Shown piece after piece: positions 53,251 through 61,696 of a stretch of DNA of 64,000 bases. Where the stretch lies: the NCBI GenBank assembly GCA_013265495.1, contig MU058584.1, forward strand, positions 1,028,616 through 1,092,615. Reading direction: 5' to 3'. The stretch comes from Vicugna vicugna (taxonomy: Eukaryota). The translations under genes and the position numbers were made by a program. Within the stretch, counting starts at the first letter, position 1. The number at the start of each line of letters is the position of its first letter. Under the pieces are notes generated by a model that worked only from the letters and a program-made list of their open reading frames with translations, ran no database searches and was not told where the DNA came from.

Positions 53251-55084
53251 TATAAACATACCTTTCATGTAATCACTAAGAATTCCTTAAGGGATAGGGT
53301 TCATTTAAATCAAGGATGCCGTTTATTTTATAAGCATTAAACAAACAAGAGGGGATGCTAGCATACTACCAGCTTGAATAAAAATTTAAGCTTATTTTTC
53401 TCACTACTTCATGAAACTCATACCAGAAAATTACTTTTTAATGTGTATTTTGAGATACGTTAATATAAATGAGCTTAGACTAATTTAATAATTTGTTGAG
53501 TTTGTATAATGAGCTGGAGTTTTGTGTCATATTAACTGTTTCAAACAAAGGATCCTCTACAAAGGATGTTTATAAAAGATGGCAGCACGACTGGAAGATG
53601 CCTTCGTGAAGTTCCAGGGCAGTGGACCTCAATATGATCGTTAATGCCAGAACTTTATGATAAATTGTTCTCATCTGTTTCCATGACAGCCATTGAAGCA
53701 TTTGCAAGAAAATACTTTAAGGTAGGTATGTGTCATAGAGCACATCTATTATTAAAAAGACTGGTAGAAAAATAGAAATGTAAGAAGCGCTAGAAGAGAA
53801 GGAATATAGTTTCCCTGATTGCATGCGCTATCCACATGCTTTCCTTGGAAAAGCGACGTGATTTCTTTTCTCCTCTTTAGGAACTTTAAGAGACGTTATC
53901 TATTCAATAGAAGTGGAATCATTCTTTCTTGTTTAAATCCTACTAACAAGACATGTTTTGCACATAAATATGAGGGATAGGTTTGCATTATGAATATTTT
54001 CATAAATATTCAACTTTGAAAACCTTCAAGTAAATTTATGCATCTCCATTTTTAGGAAATGAATACCCGAGAGAAGTTCCCACGCATAAAAGTCAAAGAA
54101 GGAATAGATAAATGGGTGGATTTCAGTGCAGTGTGGGTGGGGAAACTTTGCCTGGCAATTGAGTGGTAGGCAACTAGCTCTTAATGTGCTATTTAAAAGA
54201 GGTTGGAAGACATAATTCAAAACAATAGATACATTTATATTTAGGTAAGGAGCATATTTATATGCAGTTTGTATTATGCAATAATTTGCATATTATATGC
54301 AAGATGTATTATCCTGAGAATTTTGAAGTCCAGAATATTTCCAACAGCATCGTGAAACTACAATATGAAGAATTGCCTTTGAATAAAGAGGAAGCTGCCC
54401 AGCTCTTCTCTTTTGTCCTAAGGGTCTGTGGCAGTTACGGTGAGGTGCTTCTCAGACCTCATTTCAAAAGAGAATCTGCCGAATTGAGGGCAATCATTTG
54501 ACAGCCCCTTGCTGAATTATCTTCAGGTTCCATTACAGCATTGAAGCCAAAGACATGTTCTCTCTACGAAGCACGAGCCTATGCCTAAGTGTGGTGATGG
54601 AAATAAGGCTTGGTCATCTCTGCAGTGTGGAGATCCTCTGATGAGTTACTTGCTCTGCAGCTCCGCATTGAGCTGGCTGAGATCTCAGAGCTGCACTTCA
54701 GTCTGGGACTGTTCCTGTCTAGTCTTTTTTCCTACTCTCTCTGTTTGCACAGGTATTAAGCCTGCATAATGATCTAAAGTCTTCCCTGCCTACTTCTGCT
54801 CCTTCTCTCCTATCTTTCATAGATAATCCTGGCCTCTCCAATACATCTATTGCACTTTTACTTTGTTTTGGCATCTGCTTTCCTGATCTGGAGCAATCTC
54901 TGATCACTTTGGTGTCCAAATTCCCTCTTATCTTATTTACTGTCACTGTTCAAGACCTGTCTTAAGCCTGCATTTGTTTAATTGAGTTTGATTCATATTA
55001 AAGACATACAAGTGACAACTATAAGTCAGGCACAGTGCTAGGCATGCTAGATGTATCAAGATGAATAAGACACAACATCCATTT

Positions 55085-55470
55085 GTAAAAAGTTGGGAGG
55101 GGTTGAGGGAGAGTAAGGAGAAAGGGATGAAAAGGTGACGCACAGAGGCTTTGAGGGGCAGTGAAACTTTTTCCATATGGAACTGTAACAAGTGATTCAC
55201 ATCATTATGCATTTTCCAAAGTCCAAAAAATATTTAACACAAAAAGTGAATCTTCATACAAACTATGGACTATAGTTACTAATAATGTGCCAAAATTTGT
55301 TCATTAATGATGAATGTTACAAATGCAAGGCATCATTCTGATGCAAGATATCAATAATAAGGGAAAGTGTGTGCTGTGGAAAGGGCTGAATATATGGAAC
55401 TCTGTGTGCTAGCTGCTCAGTTATTGTCTAAGTCTAAAAATGTACTAAAACAATAACATTTCCTAATTAT
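55085..55470 (+). mobile_element. L1MC-like 3' end
   Basis: cacagaggctttgaggggcagtgaaact...aaagtgaatc...aaactatggact...tatatggaactctgtg. Confidence 0.8.
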
Positions 55471-56242
55471 TTTTCAAAAGAACCCACTGGCCTTTTCTTC
55501 CAATATGATTGCAGACTTTTCACCATTTCTCTTATCTTTGAACTTCGTGCTCTACAATCTGTTCGTTTATTCTTAAAGGCAATGTAAGTATATAGTTTGA
55601 TCCTTTATCTTTCAGCAAGCCATGCTCCAAGATTTTCAGCTTCCTTCCCCAAATATTTACCAGAGCATTTTTCAAATTAAGACTGTGGCCTTCCTAAGAA
55701 ACACATTAGTGCCGGATGGAAATGTTTTTTTTCACCCTGCTACAAATCTATGTTAATAGTCTCCTCTGACAGACTGATAATGTGTGATCATGTCTTGTTA
55801 AGGATCAAATAATACAGATTTTGTCATCAAATGTGCAAAATGAGGAGCTGTGATGACTATAATCATTTGCCTGTTTGAAGATTTGTTAAATGTTAAAAAT
55901 TTTCTGCCTCATGTTTTTTTCTTTCTGGTCACTCTTCTTTGTGTTTTCTTCTTTACTGAAAAGAACATTCATGCACGTACAGGTACACACGCACAGACAG
56001 CACACACAGAGACCCACACTCATACATCCCCACAGTGATTCTTGAAACTTACAACATATTAATTATTCTTAAACTATAGGCAGTGAGCCAGAGGAGGACA
56101 AGTCTCCTGGACTGCCTTCCAGTGGAGGATGCACTTTTCCGTAATTTCATTTTATTTGTATTCCTACCTAAAAATCTGTTCTCTCTAAAGTTTGTTTTTT
56201 AAGCCAGCATGTTGGGTATTTTGATCCTTTTTTTTGCTTTTA

Positions 56243-56336
56243 GTAGTCCCCATCGTTATGAATTCCTAAATCTTCACAGTATCTTGAATTCCTTTGGATT
56301 AGTATCTTGTTCATCTTGAAAGGATTCACCTTCCAT
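56243..56336 (-). pseudogene. Possible N-terminal fragment of bornavirus L (post-splice form)
   Basis: MEGESFQDEQDTNPKEFKI versus BoDV-1 L [20 protein letters not shown] (S, E, T, I in register). Short and weak on its own; support is mainly positional. Confidence 0.3.
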
Positions 56337-56392
56337 GTGAGTTTGATGAGTTGGATGTTGGATGTTCTGGTCATAATAAGCTTGGCCAAAGA
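56336..56392 (-). pseudogene. Fragment resembling the N-terminal part of bornavirus glycoprotein G
   Basis: SLAKLIMTRTSNIQLIKLT versus BoDV-1 G DLQGLSCNTDSTPGLIDLE: 6 identities, ungapped, at the expected position just past the end of M. Confidence 0.45.
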
Positions 56393-56817
56393 CATGGGCT
56401 TTTGGGGGGTTATTGTGTACCCCATTTGCCCATTCAACACACCAGAATGTCACTTAAAATTTTCAGGTATGGCCCAATTTGTTCCAGTAGGCAATAATGA
56501 TAATGTGTGGAATGCTTGTAGACTTGCAATTTTGCAATGGTAATGAAAAAAAGGTGAAATAATGGAGAAGGACCAACCCACACAGTGGAATGACAACAAA
56601 CACATTTGAGGGAAGTACACACATATCAAACACCTATAATAATATACAACAGGGTTCTGCTTTGAAATGCAGCCCAGCTGAGGATAAGGGAAAGGTCTCT
56701 GCTTTGCCATGTCCCTGGTGTATGGAATTTCCTATAGCATTATTTTCCACTGCTTGCAGTTCCTGGAGTGGCTATTTATGTCAATAAATCTATATATGCT
56801 CCATTGAAGATAACTAT
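56390..56817 (-). pseudogene. Bornavirus matrix (M)-like pseudogene (EBLM)
   Basis: Six colinear blocks across frameshifts versus BoDV-1 M: YIDLLT*IATPG (56796-56761) / YVELKDKVIVPG; VENNAIGNS / LEIDFVGGT; TFPLSSAGLHFKAE / NIPFLSVKEPLQLPRE; LL*VFDMCVLPSN (56642-56604) / LTDYFTIDVEPAG; LFFITIAKLQVYK (56553-56515) / FLLLTLNSLSVYK; WAIPENFK*HSGVL (56476-56435) / HAINAAFNVFSYRL. The ~430 nt span fits a 142-aa M. Confidence 0.75.
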
Positions 56818-56823
56818 TTTTTT

Positions 56824-57593
56824 CTGCATCCCAAATTTAGCTGACTTTCCAATTTTGAATAAAATGGTCCCTGTCAACTCAGTTTTTTTATGGGCTGAAT
56901 ATTTGGACCCACTATCTCTCCATTTACACATTGAAGCCCTAATCCCCGGTGTGATGCTCTTAGGAGGTGGGGCCTTTTGGAGGTCATTAAGTTAAAATGA
57001 TGTCATGAGGGTGGTGCCCTCTTGATGGGGTTAGTGCCATGAGTTAATTACTCTCTTAGATGGCTTCTCGTAACCTAAAACTTGCTATTTTTGTCTGAGT
57101 ATAACAGGGCTTCTATCTCTATATTTTGCCTAACTGTCTTTTTAAAAAATTTCTTCTGATTTACGAGGGATGATTTCCAGACTGACTGGAGGTAGAAAGA
57201 CTTCCTTAGGTCTTGCTTCCTTATATGTGAAGCAATATTGTAGGTCTCTGATCTCTTGATCTTGCTTTAAGGTCCCTCAATTTTTAATGAGATCATCCAA
57301 CCATTCCCTTTGGTCCTGATTCAGTAATAATTTGGTCCTTACTCTTGTGACCTTCTCAGGAGCAAGCCCCTGGTGAGCTTCACAGAAGGTCATGGTTGTG
57401 TCAGTAGTGATACTGATCCTATTTTTTCATGGTACCACTGCCCTGGGTGAAGTGACCAGGAGTGAGACCCCAGCCTCTGGACCTTCAGGGAGGGTCCCAG
57501 CAGTCATTCTCTCTGACCACCCTGCAGCTTGGCCCTTTGTCTCTGTACCAGACCTTGTTCTGCTTATGAAAGACTTCAGCACACTATACCCAT
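56824..57593 (-). pseudogene. Bornavirus phosphoprotein (P)-like pseudogene, with possible overlapping X frame (EBLP)
   Basis: ATG at 57593 lies inside an N-G codon pair of another frame (CAG AAT GGG), as the P start does inside X in BoDV-1. DQREWLDDLIKN (57315-57280) resembles REQLSNDELIKK. IEALLYS (57116-57096) resembles KVDLLYA. TGG GAT (WD) just before the A7 run resembles the terminal EWDIIP. Length without the MLT insert is ~617 nt (~205 codons) versus 201 aa. Many stops and frameshifts. Confidence 0.5.
56886..57038 (+). mobile_element. MLT1A-type MaLR LTR, 5' fragment, inserted in the bornavirus-like element
   Basis: ttatgggctgaat...ttgaagccctaatccccggtgtgatgctcttaggaggtggggccttttggagg...tcatgagggtggtgccctcttgatggggttagtgcc is the typical 5' part of MLT1A/MST LTRs. 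Confidence 0.88.
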
Positions 57594-58184
57594 TCTGGTT
57601 CTGGTGGAAATAAATGCATTTTCTGGGGGACAAGAAGTACCTATTAATTTTCTGGCGAAGATACTTAAGAAACCTGGGGGGGGTTGTTGTTGTTGTTGTT
57701 TTAGAAAAAACATTCTCCCTCCTTGCTTAATATTCTCCTTGCAAACTAATATTCTTACCTTGATTCACTGTATGTTGATCACAGCATAATATTATTCCTC
57801 CCAAAATTCCTGCGACTCAAGTGCAAAAAAATATGAGTTTCCTTGTGTTGAAGAGGAGGATTTTAAGACAGTGAGTCACCCAAGAGCACACAGGAAGTCC
57901 GTATCTGCCACTCGTTGGAGGAGCCGGAACCTTGGGGAAACTGAGCACAGCCTTTGTTGAACTTGTAATAAATACCCTTAGGAGTGCCAGGCTCTCTGGG
58001 GTGAACTGAAAACTAAAAGAAAATCTGTGGCTGCAGACTGTAGAGTTAAGGGTAAAATTCCAATATGTGGAAATCGGCTGGCTAATAACGCACCAGGGCA
58101 CCACATGTTAAATAATAGCGCTGAATGTCATGGTACTTAAGGTTTTTAAAAAGGGAAGCGATTTACCAGTAAAAGCTTTATGGA

Positions 58185-58346
58185 GGGGGCAGGGTATAGC
58201 TCAAATGGTAGAGCACATGTTTAGCATGCACAAAGTCCTGGGTTCAATCCCCAGTACCTCCATTTAAAAAAAACACAAAAACTACTAATAAATAAATAAA
58301 TAGACCTACAGACCTCCCCACAAAAATTAAAAAACATTTTTTTTAA
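58185..58346 (+). mobile_element. Camelid tRNA-derived SINE (Vic-1-like) with TSD
   Basis: gggtatagctcaaatggtagagcacatgtttagcatgcacaaagtcctgggttcaatccccagtacctcc with Pol III A/B boxes and an A-rich tail; TSD aaaagctttatggagg (58171-58186) / aaaggctttgtggagg (58347-58362). Confidence 0.93.
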
Positions 58347-58364
58347 AAAGGCTTTGTGGAGGAG

Positions 58365-58585
58365 GTGTTGTGCTACAGCAGAAAGGGTACAAGGCCCGGA
58401 ATCAGATGAGGAAAATATGAGTCTCTATTATTACCAATTAGTTCAAGGATCTCAGGCAAATAATTGAACGTCTCTGAGCTCAGTTCCTTTATCTTCAAAA
58501 TGTGACAGATAATGTCTACCTCTCATGGCTGTGAGACTTAAATGTGATAATTACTGCAAAGTATGCTCAATGGATGATAGTATTA
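58365..58585 (+). mobile_element. MIR SINE
   Basis: ctctgagctcagttcctttatcttcaaaatg...tctacctctcatggctgtgagacttaaatg. Confidence 0.75.
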
Positions 58586-58979
58586 GGGGTGGGGTGGAAA
58601 GATTTGATAAACAGGATACAGACTGAGGTGGAGGAGTCACAGGCTGCCCTGCGACTTGTCCGACTTAAGCCATGATTAGTGATTTCCGTTTTGTTTAAAT
58701 TAGCCTTTCCCCAAGAATGCTCCATGGACAGTCAGTACCAGGATCACCGAGTGCCTGTTGAAAGCGCCAATTCAAACCCAGACCTACTGAGTCTAAATGA
58801 TTTACAAGCACCACAGGGGAGTCTAATGTAAATTGTCTAGATACAGTCAAACTGAAAGTCTTCCAAAATGGGCTAGTCAGGCAATTCCCACTTCCGCGGA
58901 AGGTGAATTAACGGAGCTGCATAACTTGTAGAGGGTCTTCGTCCTTCCTGATTCATCAGAACACCATACTCACCTCTTC

Positions 58980-60003
58980 TGATCCTACCCGATGTTCTTC
59001 TGGATACACCCCGAGAACTTCCAACTTTACGTGCCTCAAGCGGAACTCATTATGTCTAACTCTGACCCTCTCCCTCCTCCTCTCTGTCCATCAGGCTATC
59101 AAGCCTAACCTCTGGGCACTAGCTTTGGCTTCTCTTTTTCCAACACTCCTTACAGAATCTCCCTGCTGATTCGTCCCACTTTCGTTAATGTTCTTTCTTC
59201 TCAGGGGCAATCAAATCCATCCTTCTCTCCTGACTTCTGCTGTCACTGCCCTCGTTCGCATTGTGAGTGCTAAAGTGCGTGTCGCTTCCTTTATTCCTAA
59301 GCTGTGGTATTATTTCTTCATTTACAGAATATTTTAGAAAACTATGTTTTGAAAAAAATGCAGGCTGTACCTTGTGACATACAAACATCATATCATGTCA
59401 CTCCCGTGATTACAGTCCACCACCAATGCCCCGTCGTCACAATGATGGTGTTCCTGTCCATCACGAATGAGGCCTTTCACCATCTGTCCCTCATCTCTCT
59501 CTCTCACTTCAGTTCCTGCCACTCCATACTCTAATCCAGTCATGCCAAACTACTCACAGTACCCTGTCAGTCACGCCATTTCCTATTCCTTATCTTTATG
59601 TAAATGCTTCCTCCCCACCCTTATCTAGATCCCAAACTCATCATTCAACTATCAGTCCAAATGTCTCCATTTCTGTGAAGTTTCCTGTCTGCTTCCTCTC
59701 CTCCCCTATGAAATATTTTTGTCATAAATTCAATAAATATTTAATGCACCACTCGTAAGGCAAATGTTATTCTCGGTGCTAGGGATGCATAAATCTACAA
59801 AACAGATAAAACTCCCTTTGCTGTGGAAGCTTATAGTCTATGAGGAATGGAGTGAGGTGGATGCTGACAAGAAGCGTCCACCCCACTCCATCTTTGTCCT
59901 AACTAGATGGTGGTCGCCTTGATTTGCATGAGATATTTGGTCTTTGTAATCCCAGCATTTGCATACAGTAAGTACACAGCAAATTGTTTTTTAAATAAAT
60001 GAG
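58980..60003. mobile_element. Cluster of L2 fragments (sense 58980-59700 and 59900-60003; antisense 3' end 59725-59850)
   Basis: Pyrimidine-rich sense L2 (ccaaatgtctccatttctgtgaagtttcc); attcaataaatattta...ggtgctagggatgca; tctttgtaatcccagca...taaataaatgag. Confidence 0.6.
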
Positions 60004-60574
60004 TAGTGTCAAACACTTCCTTGATGTTCATGAAGCTCTAGGCTTCAGAGAAGTGAGAATATCCAAAGGGCGTGGAGAAGAAAATTAAATAGAAACTTGA
60101 GTGACTTCTTAATCATGCCAAATTTCCCTATGTGTGCACCTTTCCTTCTGTGCAGTAAAACAGAGTTTCCACTGTATAGCCCAGAGGCGTGTAAATTATG
60201 AGGAACACAGCCTTTAGCCTTGTGGGACATGCCAATCGTTTAAATAAATTAAACATTTGATATTACTTTTCTTCTAAAGCATAGATTACCTTGCTTAGAG
60301 AAGACTTGACAGTGAGGCATTCTTAAATGGACGGGGGTCAACTTTTGTGGCATAAGGAAAACCTTGAAAGGGTCAATGAGCATACGCTGAGATGTATGGA
60401 GAAATATGCCTGATCCCAGACTGGTTTTGTGAAGTAAGATGTCAACTTTCCCTTCAGAAAGTGAATAGGTGATTTAAGGAAGAATTCGTAGGTAATTATA
60501 TGGAATAAATGAGATGGGAGTATGGTTAAGACAATTATGAAAGATAACGCAAATGCTGCTAACTACCATATTCT

Positions 60575-60635
60575 AGGTAGACATTGCCAGATGTCCCCTG
60601 GGTAGCAAAATCACCCTGTTTGAGAGTCATTGGTC
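60575..60635. mobile_element. MER20-like DNA transposon end
   Basis: agacattgccagatgtcccctgggtagcaaaatcaccctgtttgagagtcattg. Confidence 0.7.
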
Positions 60636-60742
60636 CACATGGATAAAGACAATGTATAAAAAGGCAGAAAATAGTCCAGCAGAGCAGGACAATGAGCTGC
60701 TGACCCTCCCAAATCTTAAAATATATAAACCCTCCTCAAGAA

Positions 60743-60955
60743 AGGCAGCATGGTATAAGGGAAGGAATGTAGCCTTTAAACTCACTCAGCCCTGCGTTGT
60801 ATCCCGGCTCTGCTACCTAACAGCTGTGTATGTCTGGGATTTGTTCTTAACCTCTATGCGTCTCTGTTTCTTATCTGAGTTACTGAGAAGATGGACCTAC
60901 AGCATCCAAAGACTGACTAAAGGCCTGGCACATAGTGAGTGCTCAACAAAAACGA
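60743..60955 (+). mobile_element. MIR SINE
   Basis: aggcagcatggtat...tcccggctctgctacctaacagctgtgt...gcctggcacatagtgagtgctcaa. Confidence 0.85.
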
Positions 60956-61452
60956 ATTCCTTCTTCCCTTCTGTTGTGTTGGGAGTGGATGCAACAGGAA
61001 GCCCAGGGAATTGGATAGGCTTTCTGGCAGCATTCTTCTGGGATGAATAAGCAACTCGAGGAGAGAGTTCTGTATTTCCTGGGTGAAGAGAGGGTAGAGA
61101 AGAGCGAGGGTAGTGGTAGTGCCTTACTGGGTGGGTAGGGATGCCAAGCCTGAGAAATAGAAGCGGAAGACCATTCCAGAGCCTTGGGAAATGACAGTCT
61201 GAGTCAGAGGGAATTAGAACAAGCAGCATCAACATGCATTCAGATTTAATTTAAAAGGGAAAAACAAGGCACAAGCGAACATTGCTCTCATAACATGCAT
61301 TCAGCTCTCTGACGAGCCTCGTTTGCGCGTGTATCTCGCAGTCCCACCTAATCGTCCTTTGCCACATTTGCTCTTGAGTGGGAGCCTGCCATATGGTGCC
61401 ATTTGCTAAAGGAGTTTTGGGGACAGGTGTTAATCAAAGATACTGCCCCCAT

Positions 61453-61508
61453 CACACCCACACCACACACACACACACGCACGCACACACACACAGATTC
61501 ACACACAA
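61453..61508. repeat. (CA)n microsatellite
   Basis: cacacacacacacgcacgcacacacacaca. Confidence 0.9.
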
Positions 61509-61682
61509 TTTCCCCCAAGGGAGAATTGCTATATTAGGCAAAACCTGTTAACACAAGTCACAGCCATAAAATGGTAATCACTGGAAAATGACTGCATGAA
61601 GCAGCACAGACTCACTGCTCTACTTACCTAATTACTCTGCCCTTGAGATATTTTTGTTTAAAGCCGGGAAGATAAGAGTAGT

Positions 61683-61696
61683 GTTGCCATAGCAAC
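61683..61696. promoter_or_regulatory. RFX X-box motif
   Basis: GTTGCCATAGCAAC, 13/14 to the palindrome GTTGCCATGGCAAC, in unique sequence. Function untested. Confidence 0.5.

Larger units (their letters stand above)
56228..57670 (-). other. Endogenous bornavirus-like element, polycistronic (X/P-M-G'-L'?), decayed, with A-rich tail
   Basis: Non-repeat segment whose minus-strand translations give colinear blocks resembling BoDV-1 P, M, G N-terminus and possibly L N-terminus. A7 run at the P/M junction (56817-56823). TAAAAGCAAAAAAAA tail at 56242-56228. Interrupted by an MLT1 fragment at 56886-57038. Confidence 0.72.

Noticed and set aside
56360..56480. GPYLKILSD...FGQAYYD resembles paramyxovirus N
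   Set aside because: Needs a large deletion and has no upstream N-like blocks; the same bases fit the bornavirus M end and G start.
57427..57633. GWSERMTAGTLP resembles filovirus VP35 (GWISEQLMTGRIP); nearby text also resembles respirovirus C protein
   Set aside because: Isolated short matches with no colinear continuation; the bornavirus reading explains the whole segment in order and size.
57822..57876. Possible exon KYEFPCVEEEDFKT followed by gtgagt
   Set aside because: No adequate polypyrimidine acceptor upstream; peptide not recognised.
58185..58262. Apparent tRNA gene
   Set aside because: It is the head of a SINE: A-rich tail, TSD and a second copy near 16.8 kb.
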